A stretch of DNA of 49,983 nt from Thermoprotei archaeon (GTDB taxonomy: Archaea; Thermoproteota; Thermoprotei; Thermofilales; B69-G16): the NCBI GenBank assembly GCA_003649235.1, contig QMRG01000002.1:1-49983 (forward strand), in the 5' to 3' direction. Positions 1 to 10,540 of the stretch are shown here, piece after piece (the first letter of the stretch is position 1; every line of letters starts with the position of its first letter). The position numbers and the translations under genes were made by a program. Under the pieces are notes generated by a model. That model searched no databases and was not told where the DNA came from. It saw nothing but the letters and a program-made list of their open reading frames with translations.

Positions 1-1152
1 AGGTATTCTAAGCTTAATCTCAGCTTCATCTTTCCCCACATGTGTAACTGCTCCGATAGAAACAGCTGTCCCTACATTTACGACCAGCGCTTCACCTTTT
101 CTGATAGGCTCCACTTTCCTCATTTCCCGAGTTCCAACAACTCTTTCTAGTAGATGTACTTCTAAGAGAATTTCATCTCTGACAGGGGGTAAGGTGCCTG
201 GCTTCCCCGCTATATTGCCTATTAGATTATCGGACTTTGTCAAGCTTGGATCTAATTTAGTTCCTATTCCTATTAATCCACCTGGATATGCTTCTTCTAG
301 CTCAAATCTTCCAGATCTTAAGCTTACGATTTCCGTAAACAAAGGCTCGTATCTAACCTTTCCTTTCTCTTCTATGCGTACACCTGGTCTTATTTCTATT
401 TCATCGCCTACTTTGAATTTGCCTTGCATTATAGTTCCACCTAGAACCCCTCCTTTTAACTTCTCGATAGGAGTTCCTGGAAGATTCACATCGAAAGATC
501 TGGCTACGAGCATAAGGGGAGGCTTTGTAGGATCACGCGGAGGATTTGGCATCAATTCTTCCATAGCCCATACGATTACATCTAGATTTACACCATGCAA
601 AGCCGATGAAGGTATTATAGGCGCTCCTTCGGCCCACGTACCTTCTATAAATTTTAAAATTTGTTCATAGTTTTTTTTCGCCGCTTCCTTAGATACTATA
701 TCTATCTTATTTTGAACGAAGATAATCTTTCTAGCTCCGATAATTGTTAATGCCATGAAATGTTCTCGCGTCTGGGGTTGAGGGCAGGGTTGAGACGCAT
801 CGATCACAAAAATCACTCCGTCCATTAGCGCTGCCCCAGCTAGCATGACTGCCATTAGCATCTCGTGGCCGGGTACATCTACGAAAGATACTCGTCTTAA
901 ATACTCTAATCTACTACCACAGTATTTACAAGTGAGATTTTTAGGTGCCATGTTTTCGGTATAGTAGGCTTGAGGAGGAGGACAGTTGGGACATTTATAG
1001 ATTGCTGTATCGGCATAGCCGAGCTTAAGGGTTATTCCTCGTTTGAGTTCTTCGGAATGTCTGGCGGCCCAAATGCCTGTGAGAGCTTCCACTAGCGTTG
1101 TCTTTCCGTGGTCGACATGGCCTGCGGTTCCTATATTTATAAGTGGTTGCAT
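1..1152 (-). CDS. eif2g: translation initiation factor aIF2 gamma subunit; C-terminal end cut by the window edge
   Basis: Absent from the ORF track because no stop lies in the window. Hand translation of the minus strand from ATG at 1152 gives [26 protein letters not shown]... Motifs present: [18 protein letters not shown] and the Cys knuckle CPNC...CKYCG. The frame stays open to base 1. The gene starts 26 nt downstream of rps6e. Confidence 0.93.
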   Translation of the reverse strand, partial: MQPLINIGTAGHVDHGKTTLVEALTGIWAARHSEELKRGITLKLGYADTAIYKCPNCPPPQAYYTENMAPKNLTCKYCGSRLEYLRRVSFVDVPGHEMLMAVMLAGAALMDGVIFVIDASQPCPQPQTREHFMALTIIGARKIIFVQNKIDIVSKEAAKKNYEQILKFIEGTWAEGAPIIPSSALHGVNLDVIVWAMEELMPNPPRDPTKPPLMLVARSFDVNLPGTPIEKLKGGVLGGTIMQGKFKVGDEIEIRPGVRIEEKGKVRYEPLFTEIVSLRSGRFELEEAYPGGLIGIGTKLDPSLTKSDNLIGNIAGKPGTLPPVRDEILLEVHLLERVVGTREMRKVEPIRKGEALVVNVGTAVSIGAVTHVGKDEAEIKLRIP

Positions 1153-1178
1153 AGCCTTCAACTACAATCCCTCTAACT

Positions 1179-1538
1179 TCATTGGGTTTCTTCAGGATAT
1201 TCTACTACCATGTTTATTTGAACAATTTCATCAGTTATAGTATTGCCTCTTACTAGTTTGCGTTTTCTCATACCCTTCTTTTCGGGATGAAAACCAGGAG
1301 GGCCTGAAAGGAGTAAACGTCGTTTAGCTCCGCCAGGTAAGAATGGCAACATAGGTTCTCCGGCTTTACCCGACCCTCCGGTTATTCTCAGCTTTAATCC
1401 AGGCTTCCCTATTATAGCCCCATCTATGACCTCACCTATTTTACGTCCTATTAGCCGCGTCGCCATACCCCCCTTTACTTCTACCGTTTCAGCTCTTCCC
1501 GTTTTAGGATCCGAGACCACTACCTTAAATTCAGGCAT
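1179..1538 (-). CDS. rps6e: 30S ribosomal protein S6e
   Basis: 119 aa: [16 protein letters not shown]...[13 protein letters not shown]...[12 protein letters not shown]...RKRKLVRGN. This is typical S6e, and the rps6e-eif2g pairing is conserved. Confidence 0.92.
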   Translation of the reverse strand: MPEFKVVVSDPKTGRAETVEVKGGMATRLIGRKIGEVIDGAIIGKPGLKLRITGGSGKAGEPMLPFLPGGAKRRLLLSGPPGFHPEKKGMRKRKLVRGNTITDEIVQINMVVEYPEETQ

Positions 1539-1648
1539 TTAAACACCTCTCTCGCAACTCAACAATTATATAACGAATATTTAATGTTACTGTTATAATG
1601 CGCTAACTTTAAATATTCTGTCTTTTTGGATGAGATGGGGCAATACTT

Positions 1649-2161
1649 ATGGGCTACTACAAATACGTAGCGAAAATGTGGAAAAGACCGGATTCAGGAG
1701 AGTTTAAAGAAGTTTATAAGAAGAGATTAATAATGTGGAGAAGGCAACCCACAATAGTGAGAGTGGAAAAACCTACGCGTATTAACAGGGCGCGAACTCT
1801 GGGCTATAAGGCTAAACAGGGCTTTGTGGTGGTACGAGTCAGAGTGAGGAAAGGTGGTTTAAATAGGCCGAGGCCTAGATCGGGAAGAAGACCGAAGCGA
1901 ATGGGCGTCTATGGCTATTCCCCTCATAAAAGCGCTCAGTTGATCGCTGAGGAAAGAGCTCAACGTAAATATCCGAATCTAGTGGTTTTAGGCTCTTATT
2001 GGGTTGGAGAAGATGGTATGTACAAATGGTATGAAATCGTTATGGTAGATCCTCACCATCCAGTAATTAAGAGCGACCCTGAGCGAAATTGGGTATGTGG
2101 TTTTTACAAACGAATAAAAAGGAAAAGAGCTATTAAGAAGAGTGGGGAAAGTAAAGAATAG
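1649..2161 (+). CDS. rpl15e: 50S ribosomal protein L15e
   Basis: [14 protein letters not shown]...[19 protein letters not shown]...[19 protein letters not shown] is the L15e signature. It is the first gene of the exosome superoperon. Confidence 0.95.
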   Translation: MGYYKYVAKMWKRPDSGEFKEVYKKRLIMWRRQPTIVRVEKPTRINRARTLGYKAKQGFVVVRVRVRKGGLNRPRPRSGRRPKRMGVYGYSPHKSAQLIAEERAQRKYPNLVVLGSYWVGEDGMYKWYEIVMVDPHHPVIKSDPERNWVCGFYKRIKRKRAIKKSGESKE

Positions 2162-2168
2162 GTAGAAA

Positions 2169-2630
2169 ATGAGTAGGAAAGAAAAAATAATATCTGCTTT
2201 ATTCCTTGAATCCTTTTGTCATGCTACTGAGAATTGTGAGAAAGTAAAAAAGGCGATGTTGAATCTACTTCCATCGGATGTTTGGGAAAAAGTAAAAATT
2301 AGTGAAGTGCCGCTGGAAGGTCATTATAAGAACCCAATAGTAATTATAAAGTTTGAGATTAGAGATAAGACCTCTGCTCAGGAAGCTGTAGAATACATAT
2401 TTTCAGAACTTGATGAAATAGATAAAAAAATAATCATAGACTCGCTAGATCTAAGAACTGATTCTTCAAATCTATACCTTAGATTTGATAAACAACAAGC
2501 CTATTTGGGAAAAACTCGCCTATTACAAGGCGATGATGTCATCAAGGCTAAAATTTCATTTATGCCCCATATACGGAGGAGGCACAGTATAGAGCATGCT
2601 TTAGAAATTCTTGGCTTAAAGTTGGAATGA
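2169..2630 (+). CDS. DUF54-like predicted RNA-binding protein of the exosome superoperon (function unknown)
   Basis: 153 aa with N-terminal CHATENCEKVKKAMLNLLP (HATED-EKV type motif). It sits between rpl15e and the Rpp30 gene, as in the archaeal exosome superoperon. Its stop overlaps the next gene by 4 nt (ATGA). Confidence 0.55.
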   Translation: MSRKEKIISALFLESFCHATENCEKVKKAMLNLLPSDVWEKVKISEVPLEGHYKNPIVIIKFEIRDKTSAQEAVEYIFSELDEIDKKIIIDSLDLRTDSSNLYLRFDKQQAYLGKTRLLQGDDVIKAKISFMPHIRRRHSIEHALEILGLKLE

Positions 2631-3388
2631 TTTCTAATGATTGTGATAAGATGAAACGTAGGTATGCTGAAGTTACTATAACTCCCCGTGTAATTTCGGA
2701 AAAAGAACTTAATAAAATCATAGACACGGCCATTTTTTTAGGTTTTAAAGTTTTGGGAATTAATGTACATGCCAGAGATTTTAAGAGCATTTCTATAGTT
2801 AAAAATAAGATAGAGCAAAGCGGATTGGATTTTGTATCAAGAATCGATGTTACAATTTCTGATATAAACTCGATTAAGAAATATCTGCGGAAATATAGAA
2901 GAAAAGTGGAATTAATCTCGCTTAGAGGAATCTCTAGAAAGCTCATAGCGTTTGGTTGTCGAGATCGTAGAATCGATATAATTCAAGTAGATCCACGTTA
3001 TAAGTTTACATTATTTAAGGGCGATGTAAGACTAATTTTGGAACAAGATAAAGTCTTGGAGTTAACGGCTAAGCCGCTAATATACGCTAATAGCAAAGCA
3101 GAATGGATAAGAACACTGCAATTATACGATAAAATTCTGAAAATTATATCAAGAAAAAATATTAAGTTCATATTTGGAAGTGGAGCGAGTACGTTTACGG
3201 AAATGCGTGATGCTCGAAGCCTCGCTTCGATACTTGTCTCCTTTTTTAATATAGAATATGATAGGGCATTGGATTCCTTGTCGAATAATATTCATAAAAT
3301 CATAGAAAGAAATAGATTCAAACTTTCTCCTCGTTTCATATGGCCAGGCGTATACTTAGCGGAGGATCAAAATGCAGGAAAGTTATAG
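2627..3388 (+). CDS. rnp3: RNase P protein component 3 (Rpp30 homolog)
   Basis: Superoperon position, plus IDIIQVDP and KFIFGSGASTFTEMRDARSLASIL, which resemble the Rpp30 TIM-barrel C-terminal motifs. The true start may be the internal ATG at 2651 (MKRRYAEV...). Confidence 0.72.
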   Translation: MISNDCDKMKRRYAEVTITPRVISEKELNKIIDTAIFLGFKVLGINVHARDFKSISIVKNKIEQSGLDFVSRIDVTISDINSIKKYLRKYRRKVELISLRGISRKLIAFGCRDRRIDIIQVDPRYKFTLFKGDVRLILEQDKVLELTAKPLIYANSKAEWIRTLQLYDKILKIISRKNIKFIFGSGASTFTEMRDARSLASILVSFFNIEYDRALDSLSNNIHKIIERNRFKLSPRFIWPGVYLAEDQNAGKL

Positions 3389-3683
3389 ATATATAGTATT
3401 TATTTTTAAATCTCCTACACCAGAAAATGTAAGCGATTTTCGAAAATCGCTTACATCCATATATGTAGAACTTTTTGGAATGAGAGAGTACGCACTCTCT
3501 AAATTTGCCATAGCAGAATATGCTCCCAATAAAGGTGGAATAATAAAAATTAGACGCGAAAGCGTACACATGGCAAAAACAGTATTAGCTTTCTATAAAA
3601 ACTATAAAAATCCGATACATATTATAAAAACGACTGGAACCCTTAAGAAAGCGAAAAAAGTGTTAAAGAGTTATCCTCTATGA
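3372..3683 (+). CDS. rnp2: RNase P protein component 2 (Pop5 homolog)
   Basis: 103 aa with YRYIVF, GGIIKIRRESV and TTGTLKKAKK, matching the Pop5 pattern RYIaF...GiIrc.r...GTikr.k. It overlaps rnp3 by 17 nt. Confidence 0.78.
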   Translation: MQESYRYIVFIFKSPTPENVSDFRKSLTSIYVELFGMREYALSKFAIAEYAPNKGGIIKIRRESVHMAKTVLAFYKNYKNPIHIIKTTGTLKKAKKVLKSYPL

Positions 3684-4330
3684 CGAAAGCTCGGAAAATA
3701 AGAATTACAAGCAGAACTTTTAAAGACGCTTTGCTAAAAGCAGCTGACGTTATAAAAAGAGGCGGTGTAGTAGCTATACCCACTGATACTTCCTACGGCT
3801 TAGCGGCTAATGCTCTTGATATAAATAGTGTAAACAGGGTTTTCCATATAAAACAGAGAAATAAAACAAAAGTTGTATCGATCTTCGTGGACTCTATCGA
3901 AAGCATAAAGAAGTATTTTATTTTAGACGATACGGCGTACAAACTGCTCTCACTACTCCCTGAAAGATTAACTTTAATTTTAAAGGCGAAAGAGCCTGGA
4001 ACATTTCCTGAAGGAATTGTAAATAAAGAGGGCGGTGTAGGAGTGCGTTTGCCTCCGAGCATATATCCCTTAGAACTTGTGAAGCTAACTGGCGTTTTCT
4101 TAACTGCAACCAGTGCTAATATCTCAGGGAAACCGCCCATTTATGATCCATCTCTTATTGAAAAGGAGTTACGTCATATAGATTTGATACTTGATGCCGG
4201 TATTCTCAAGAAAGTTCCAACTTCCACTGTGGTTGATTTAACGAATAAGCCTCCCGTAATACTTCGAGAAGGTGCTATATCTTTGAAATTTTTGGAGAAA
4301 ATTACTGGTTTACGTTTTAAGATATTATAG
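3680..4330 (+). CDS. sua5: L-threonylcarbamoyladenylate synthase, short YrdC-only form (Sua5/TsaC family)
   Basis: Motifs VVAIPTDTSYGLAANA, LTATSANISGKPP and PTSTVVDL are present. At 216 aa it has no C-terminal Sua5 domain. Its start overlaps the Pop5 stop (ATGA at 3680-3683). Confidence 0.9.
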   Translation: MTKARKIRITSRTFKDALLKAADVIKRGGVVAIPTDTSYGLAANALDINSVNRVFHIKQRNKTKVVSIFVDSIESIKKYFILDDTAYKLLSLLPERLTLILKAKEPGTFPEGIVNKEGGVGVRLPPSIYPLELVKLTGVFLTATSANISGKPPIYDPSLIEKELRHIDLILDAGILKKVPTSTVVDLTNKPPVILREGAISLKFLEKITGLRFKIL

Positions 4331-4494
4331 TTATAGCAAAGTGTATTTTGTCGATAATTATCATAAGCTATGGATTTATTTTCTAGTTAATAATTCAAAA
4401 TTCTTCAACTGCTTTAAAAATAAGGTTCAGAAATATTTGAAGATATTATGTGAGGTAAAGTTTATATTAAAGAAAATCTATCCTAACTTCTGGT

Positions 4495-4872
4495 GTGAAA
4501 ATGGCTTTACCACCACCTCCGTCGACTAAGCCAGGCGTCGTAACAGGAGAGTACACTCCTAGCGATGATGAGAAGCTGTTCGGTCTTATTGCCTGGTTAA
4601 TTCCTGTGCTTGGATCACTCGTAGTAATGGTGACAAAGAAAGAATCAAAATTTGCCCTCTTTCACGCGAAACAAGCTTTAATAATACATATAGGTCTTAC
4701 AGTACTTCATTTCTTCATATGGATTATCGGCATATTACTATTCATTCTATGGCTTTTAGATCTTCCATTACTATTGATACATCTGGCGTTAGCTCTATAC
4801 GGTGCATTCATGGCTTATACTGGTAAATGGCTAAAAATACCAGTGATTGCTGATTTAGCTACAAAATTCTAA
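4495..4872 (+). CDS. small integral membrane protein (DUF4870-like)
   Basis: Three or four hydrophobic helices, with FGLIAWLIPVLGSLVVMV...SKFALFHAKQALIIHI typical of the family. The ATG at 4501 is a more likely start than the GTG at 4495. A T6 run at 4874-4879 follows the stop. Confidence 0.6.
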   Translation: MKMALPPPPSTKPGVVTGEYTPSDDEKLFGLIAWLIPVLGSLVVMVTKKESKFALFHAKQALIIHIGLTVLHFFIWIIGILLFILWLLDLPLLLIHLALALYGAFMAYTGKWLKIPVIADLATKF

Positions 4873-4964
4873 ATTTTTTATGACTGCTTAGGGTTCAAAG
4901 TCAAAGTCTAGAATAAAATTGATAGGAGTTATCTTTAAAAACGGTTCACTGGTAATAAAGATGG

Positions 4965-5690
4965 GTGTTCAAATTGTTCGCTCCTGGACCAATGGGCTAC
5001 GATAGAGCAATCACTATCTTTAGCCCTGATGGACGACTCTTCCAAGTAGAATACGCTTTTGAAGCTGTAAAAAAGGGATGGACTACACTAGGCATAAAGA
5101 GCAACGAAGGAGTAGTTCTGGCCGTCGAAAAAAGACAAGTCTCTCCATTAATGGAAGGTATGGAAAAAATTAAGAAAATTGATGAACATGTGGGTTTAGC
5201 ATTCGCCGGACTTTCAAGTGACGCTCGTATACTTATAGACCAGGCGAGAATATACGCTCAGATACATCGCTTAGTCTATGGAGAACCTATTCCAGTAGAG
5301 CTGTTAGCTAAAAAGATATGTGATATAAAACAGGCTTATACCCAGCATGGCGGAGTGAGGCCTTTCGGAGTATCATTTTTGATAGCTGGAGTTGATGAGA
5401 GAGGTCCTCATTTAGTGGGAACAGATCCTGGAGGCACTTATGTTAACTATAAAGCACATGCTATAGGGAGTGGCGGTCAAGCGGCTCTAGAGGTTCTAGA
5501 AAAGAATTATAGAAGTACTCTTTCGCTTGAAGATTCTATGAGATTGGCCATACTAGCTATGGATAGGGCTATAGAGGGAGGAGTTAGCATAGAGAGAATA
5601 GAACTAGCATATGTTAATACAAAAGATAAAATTTTCAAACAATTGACAGAGGAAGAGTTAGCGAAGATAATAGAAGAGTTTAAAAAATAA
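4965..5690 (+). CDS. psmA: proteasome alpha subunit
   Basis: GYDRAITIFSPDGRLFQVEYAFEAVKKG is the alpha-subunit signature. The GTG start at 4965 gives an N-terminus similar to crenarchaeal PsmA. ATG at 4992 is the alternative. Confidence 0.95.
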   Translation: MFKLFAPGPMGYDRAITIFSPDGRLFQVEYAFEAVKKGWTTLGIKSNEGVVLAVEKRQVSPLMEGMEKIKKIDEHVGLAFAGLSSDARILIDQARIYAQIHRLVYGEPIPVELLAKKICDIKQAYTQHGGVRPFGVSFLIAGVDERGPHLVGTDPGGTYVNYKAHAIGSGGQAALEVLEKNYRSTLSLEDSMRLAILAMDRAIEGGVSIERIELAYVNTKDKIFKQLTEEELAKIIEEFKK

Positions 5691-5705
5691 TTATACTGTG
5701 ATATC

Positions 5706-6410
5706 ATGACTCGCAAGCAGGCTATCGCTAGACTAAAGTTAAGAGATAAGAAGTTTGAGGTAATAGTGGATCCTGATAAAGCCTGGCTTTTTAAGAAAGG
5801 AGAAAAAGACGTTGATATCCACGACGTTCTTCTAGGGGAATTCATATACTATGATGCACGGCGAGGGTTAAAAGCTTCAGAAATAGAATTAAAGCAAATT
5901 TTTAAAACTGATGATGTATACAAAGTAGCTGAGCATATTGTAAGACAGGGGGAACTTCAATTAACAGCTGAACAGCGACGGGAAATGATAGAAGCTAAAA
6001 AACGACAAATTATAGAGTTTATTTCGAGAAATTGCATAGATCCAAGAACTGGATTGCCCCATCCTCCAAAACGTATCGAATTAGCTATTGAGAATGCTAG
6101 GGTAAGTATAGATCCGTTCAAACCAGTTGAGGTTCAGGTAAATGAGGTTATAAAAGCTCTCGTTAGAGTTCTTCCTCTTAAAATGGCTAAAACATTAGTA
6201 GCTGTAAAAATACCCCCACAGTATGTTGGTAAGGCTTATGGTGTTTTATCGAAAATTGGAAAAATTATAAGAAGTAACTACTTATCAGATGGATCTTGGT
6301 CAGTTGAGTTAGAGATACCAGCAGGGCTTCAAGGCACTTTAGTCGAAGAAGTAGCTAAAATGACAAAGGGAAGAGGCGAAGTACGTATCATAAAAAGCGC
6401 AACCAGTTAG
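5706..6410 (+). CDS. SBDS-family ribosome maturation protein
   Basis: N-terminal FYSH-like [22 protein letters not shown], a length of 234 aa, and the conserved position between psmA and rrp4. Confidence 0.88.
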   Translation: MTRKQAIARLKLRDKKFEVIVDPDKAWLFKKGEKDVDIHDVLLGEFIYYDARRGLKASEIELKQIFKTDDVYKVAEHIVRQGELQLTAEQRREMIEAKKRQIIEFISRNCIDPRTGLPHPPKRIELAIENARVSIDPFKPVEVQVNEVIKALVRVLPLKMAKTLVAVKIPPQYVGKAYGVLSKIGKIIRSNYLSDGSWSVELEIPAGLQGTLVEEVAKMTKGRGEVRIIKSATS

Positions 6411-6495
6411 TTCTATTCGAATACACTTAACTATTAAGTAATGAATAAATAGTTCTATCAATGTATTGCATCTAACAGACTAATTTGATGCTTAA

Positions 6496-7251
6496 GTGGT
6501 CGATATGACTATTTACGTAAAAAGTAAACAAGTAGTTATACCAGGCGAACCTCTTGCATATGGTCGGTATGAATATCAAGGTCCTATATATATTGTTAGA
6601 CAAAGAATATATTCTAAAGTTATAGGGATAGTTGAAATAGAGGATAAAAAGAAGCTAATATTAATTCCGTTAAAAGGCAAATACATGCCTAGAGAAGGAG
6701 ATATAGTAATAGGTAAGATAGTTGACGTAGGCCTAACAGGGTGGACTGTTGATATAAACTCTCCCTATAAAGCGGTACTACCGGTTTCTGAAGTTTTATC
6801 GCGTCCAACAGACGCCGTAAAATTAGACCTTTCAAAGCTCTTAGATATAGGAGATCTAATAGTCGCAAAGATTCTAGCTTTTGACTATACGCGAGATCCT
6901 CTACTTACCATTAAAGAATCCAAGCTTGGCAAGATAACAAAGGGCACGCTAGTTGAGATAACTCCTGTTAAAATACCACGAGTAATAGGAAAGAAAGGCT
7001 CCATGATAAACCTGTTAAAAAACATGCTTCATGTCGAATTAGTTATAGGGAAGAACGGCAGAATCCTAGTTGTTGGAGATGACCCTCTCATGGAGGCCTG
7101 GGCCGTAATGGCCATAAAGAAGATTGAGAGAGAGGCTCATATTCCTGGGTTAACGAATAGGATAAAAAAGTTTTTGAGTAAGGTAAAAACTGATAAGAAG
7201 GCAGGTCTATCTTCACAGGGAAACATAAGTGGAGTAAAGAGAGTGAAATAG
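6496..7251 (+). CDS. rrp4: exosome complex RNA-binding protein Rrp4 (S1 + KH)
   Basis: S1-like GDIVIGKIVDVGLTGWTVDI and KH-like RVIGKKGSMINLL. It lies directly upstream of rrp41. ATG at 6505 is an alternative start. Confidence 0.9.
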   Translation: MVDMTIYVKSKQVVIPGEPLAYGRYEYQGPIYIVRQRIYSKVIGIVEIEDKKKLILIPLKGKYMPREGDIVIGKIVDVGLTGWTVDINSPYKAVLPVSEVLSRPTDAVKLDLSKLLDIGDLIVAKILAFDYTRDPLLTIKESKLGKITKGTLVEITPVKIPRVIGKKGSMINLLKNMLHVELVIGKNGRILVVGDDPLMEAWAVMAIKKIEREAHIPGLTNRIKKFLSKVKTDKKAGLSSQGNISGVKRVK

Positions 7252-7998
7252 ATGAGCGGAGAAAAACCAGTTAAACTATTGGATGAAAAGGGAATAAGGA
7301 CAGATGGTAGAAAACCGAATGAATTACGTCCATTGAAAATTCAAGTAGGGCTTCTGAAAAATGCCGATGGTTCGGCTTACATAGAATTAGGTAGGAATAA
7401 AATTATAGTTGCAGTTTATGGTCCTAGAGAAGCCCATCCACGTCATGTAGTAATACCTGATAGAGCGATTGTTAGATGCCGTTATCATATGGCTCCTTTC
7501 TCTGTTGATGAAAGAAAATCACCAGGATTTTCTAGAAGAGAAATAGAACTATCCAAAGTTATACGAGAGGCTTTAGAACCTGCTATTTTTATTGAAGAAT
7601 TCCCTCGAACAGCAATTGACATATTCATTGAAGTATTAGAGGCAGATGGTGGAACTAGAACCGCCAGTATAACAGCGGCTTCTGTTGCGTTAGCCGATGC
7701 GGGAATACCTCTTAAAGACCTAGTAGCTGCTACTGCCATAGGTAAGATTAATGGTCAATTAGTTATAGATCTTAATGGATTAGAAGATCAGTATGGAGAA
7801 GGAGACATGCCTATAGCAATGATGCCCAGCTTAGGACAGATAACTTTGCTTCAAGCCGATGGGAGATTTAGCGGGGAGGAATTTGAGGAAGGATTGAAAA
7901 TGGCTATTAATGCTATAAAAAAGATATATAGAATTCAGAAAGAAGCTTTAAAAAAGAGGTATCTTGAAATAAGCAAGGAGGTTTTAGAAAGTGAATGA
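7252..7998 (+). CDS. rrp41: exosome complex exonuclease Rrp41 (RNase PH domain)
   Basis: [59 protein letters not shown]. Confidence 0.94.
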   Translation: MSGEKPVKLLDEKGIRTDGRKPNELRPLKIQVGLLKNADGSAYIELGRNKIIVAVYGPREAHPRHVVIPDRAIVRCRYHMAPFSVDERKSPGFSRREIELSKVIREALEPAIFIEEFPRTAIDIFIEVLEADGGTRTASITAASVALADAGIPLKDLVAATAIGKINGQLVIDLNGLEDQYGEGDMPIAMMPSLGQITLLQADGRFSGEEFEEGLKMAINAIKKIYRIQKEALKKRYLEISKEVLESE

Positions 7999-8806
7999 TA
8001 AATCCGAGTTGATAATTTCGAAAATTAAAAAAGAGACCATTCTCTCACTTTTGAGAAAAAATGAGAGAATTGACAATAGAGCACTTGATGAATACCGGAA
8101 AATACAGATCACAACAGGTCTAATAGGAAAAGCCAACGGATCAGCTATCGTAAAGTTAGGCGATACGACCGTCATCACGGGCGTTAAAATACAGATCGAT
8201 AAACCCTTCCCTGACACTCCAGATCGCGGTATACAAATAGTGAACGCCGAACTTATACCCCTAGCTTCCCCTATTTTTGAACCTGGTCCTCCAGGGGAAG
8301 ACGACGTGGAACTTTCTAGAGTAGTAGATCGAGGACTTAGAAGCGCTGAAATAATAAAACTTGATGAACTTGTATTGATTCCTGGAGAAAAAGTATGGGC
8401 CATATTTATCGATATATATGCGCTAGATTACGGTGGAAACATTATAGACGCCGCAGCACTTGCTTCGGTCTCCGCCATCTTAACAACTAAATATAATAAG
8501 GCAGTTATCGAAAATGGAGACGTTAGAATTACAGATGAACAAGTGCCGCTCCCTCTAGGAAGCATACCAGTTTTCGTGACTATAGCTAAGATAGGCGACA
8601 AATTGATCGTAGATCCTTCATACGAGGAGGAACTTGTTATGGACGCTAGGATAACTTTCGTTATTGATGATAATAACAACATTACGGGTATACAGAAAGG
8701 TCATCCGGGTACGTTTACCTATGGAGAATTGATTGAAGCAAAAAATCTAGCAATTAGAGTATCTAAGGAATTAAGGGAAAAACTTCCATCTGTCCATAAT
8801 GAGTAA
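7991..8806 (+). CDS. rrp42: exosome complex subunit Rrp42 (inactive RNase PH-like)
   Basis: [34 protein letters not shown]. It overlaps rrp41 by 8 nt, giving the standard rrp4-rrp41-rrp42 order. Confidence 0.9.
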   Translation: MNDKSELIISKIKKETILSLLRKNERIDNRALDEYRKIQITTGLIGKANGSAIVKLGDTTVITGVKIQIDKPFPDTPDRGIQIVNAELIPLASPIFEPGPPGEDDVELSRVVDRGLRSAEIIKLDELVLIPGEKVWAIFIDIYALDYGGNIIDAAALASVSAILTTKYNKAVIENGDVRITDEQVPLPLGSIPVFVTIAKIGDKLIVDPSYEEELVMDARITFVIDDNNNITGIQKGHPGTFTYGELIEAKNLAIRVSKELREKLPSVHNE

Positions 8807-8885
8807 TAAGACAGCGCTATAAACAACAAATATAAGGGAGAATAGAATTGTTAGGTAAGCTTAATAGTAATCCGAGAGTGAGAGC

Positions 8886-9158
8886 ATGGGTAGAACTAAA
8901 GTAGTAGGCAGTGCTGGAAGATTCGGAGCACGATACGGGGCAACTTTAAGGAAGAAGGTTAGAGTGATAGAAGAGAAGATGCGTGCTCCTCACCGATGTC
9001 CTCGCTGCAGAATGCCCGGTAAACTAAAACGAGTAAGCGTTGGAATATGGACCTGTAGAAAATGCGGATATACATTTGCTGGAGGCGCTTGGATTCCAAG
9101 AACAGCTGCTGGACGTACTTTTTCGCCAGAAGAATTGAAAAAAATAGGATTAGGCTAG
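8886..9158 (+). CDS. rpl37ae: 50S ribosomal protein L37Ae
   Basis: GSAGRFGARYG, plus the zinc ribbon CPRC...CRKCGYTFAGGAW. Confidence 0.94.
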   Translation: MGRTKVVGSAGRFGARYGATLRKKVRVIEEKMRAPHRCPRCRMPGKLKRVSVGIWTCRKCGYTFAGGAWIPRTAAGRTFSPEELKKIGLG

Positions 9159-9198
9159 TATTATTAGGTTTTAATCTTACTTTATTCCTGGTGTAAAA

Positions 9199-9774
9199 TT
9201 GCATATTATAGTTACTACTACAAGACATGTAAATCCTCGAGTAAGATCATTAGCTAACGACCTCGCACACGTTCTCCCCGACGCTTTACGCATAAACAGA
9301 GGCAAAAATAACATCTCTGACTTGGCAGAAATAGCCCGAGCATATAATGCTCGAGTTGTCTTAATAGTGGGTAAAGGATTACAAGGCAATCCTGGCAGGC
9401 TAGTATTTTTGACAGTAATGGAATATCGATACTCTTTCTATCCATTAATAATTTCTTTAACAGGAGTTAAGCTGGCGCGAGAATTGAATATTAGACCTTC
9501 CTCCGTTCCTCTAGAGAGTTTTAGCGTAGCCACTCTTAAGAATTTTTCTGATGCTACAAAAGAACTTGCACTGGCACTTTCCGAAGCTTTGCAAGTTAAT
9601 TATACCGAGATCTCTAACTTAAACTCTTTAACGCATATTTTCGATAGAATACTTTTCATAGAGGAAACAAACCTCGAAAAAAATCCTTTTCTCATAAGAT
9701 TTGTAAAACCGAGTGGCAAAATAGACGGTCCTCTTTTGAGAGTAAAGCGAGTGGTTTATAGACAACCGTTTTAA
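9199..9774 (+). CDS. Brix-domain ribosome biogenesis protein (Imp4 superfamily)
   Basis: IIVTTTRHVNPRVRSLANDLAHVLP...RINRGK, at the conserved position after rpl37ae. TTG start preceded by GGTG. Confidence 0.75.
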   Translation: MHIIVTTTRHVNPRVRSLANDLAHVLPDALRINRGKNNISDLAEIARAYNARVVLIVGKGLQGNPGRLVFLTVMEYRYSFYPLIISLTGVKLARELNIRPSSVPLESFSVATLKNFSDATKELALALSEALQVNYTEISNLNSLTHIFDRILFIEETNLEKNPFLIRFVKPSGKIDGPLLRVKRVVYRQPF

Positions 9775-9775
9775 A

Positions 9776-10540
9776 TTAGCTAGTACTGGCTTCTTCTCCC
9801 CCCATCGTTATCTGTTGAATTATCCCGTAGACGGTATCTAACCCTTGCATATTTTTTGCAGAAACCGGGTATATCGCGATGTTTTCTAGAAAATGACGTA
9901 AAGTTTGGAATAATCCTTCGCTCAACTCCCTTTCAAGCCCACGTGTCTCCTCAGATAGATCGTCCATGAGTCTCTCCGGGTTTTCTATCCATTCGATTAT
10001 ATTCTCGAGTTCTCTAGGAGTTAATAAATCAACTTTATTTATAATGTTGATTTGTGTTTTTTTCAATTTGAAATCTACAGCTTTAGCTAGAAAAAGTGAG
10101 GAAAGAAAAGTTGAAGGAAAACGGGCTAAAATTGCATCAAGTATATAAATTATAAAACAATCTTCCTTACATAAAAATGATGTAAAAAACTCTCCGGTTT
10201 TTCTAAAAGCGAAAAGCTCCATCTGTCCAGGAGTGTCAACTATCACATAATCGGCATTTAACTCTTCAATATCTTCTTTAAGAAAGTGTGCGTAATTTAG
10301 GGATAGGTCGACAGAAGCTATTATGGCTCCGTTAGGACCTAAACCGTATTTTTCCATAACCTCTCTTACTGAGATATAATCTCTAACATCGACTTCAGGC
10401 TCGTATGGGAGTTCTTCAACTGCAGGATCTACGTTCACCTTAATTACATCTATAGATTTTCTATGGAGAAATTCAGAAAACGCTCTTGTAAAAGTGCTCT
10501 TGCCGCATCCTGCTGTTCCTACTACGAAAACTACTATCAT
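9776..10540 (-). CDS. GPN-loop GTPase
   Basis: P-loop GTAGCGKST, the diagnostic LGPNGAI motif, DTPGQMELF and NKVDLL. Confidence 0.88.
   Translation of the reverse strand: MIVVFVVGTAGCGKSTFTRAFSEFLHRKSIDVIKVNVDPAVEELPYEPEVDVRDYISVREVMEKYGLGPNGAIIASVDLSLNYAHFLKEDIEELNADYVIVDTPGQMELFAFRKTGEFFTSFLCKEDCFIIYILDAILARFPSTFLSSLFLAKAVDFKLKKTQINIINKVDLLTPRELENIIEWIENPERLMDDLSEETRGLERELSEGLFQTLRHFLENIAIYPVSAKNMQGLDTVYGIIQQITMGGEEASTS

Noticed and set aside
194-670. 158-aa plus-strand ORF, and similarly 1043..1240 (+)
   Set aside because: Both are antisense to the strongly supported aIF2gamma/rps6e genes. The S/P/I/F-rich low-complexity translations are typical of shadow ORFs in AT-rich genomes, and neither has a motif.
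4341-4529. 62-aa ORF upstream of the DUF4870-like membrane gene
   Set aside because: It uses a non-ATG start in very AT-rich intergenic sequence, has an N/K/F/Y-rich composition, overlaps the next gene's start, and shows no motif.
7984-8403. 139-aa minus-strand ORF; same class as 7485..7739 (-), 8428..8682 (-), 14929..15351 (-), 25961..26473 (+) and 46678..47187 (-)
   Set aside because: All lie fully antisense to well-supported genes (rrp41, rrp42, rps24e, the UPF0200-like gene, infB). They are Ser/Ile-rich shadow frames with no independent start signals.
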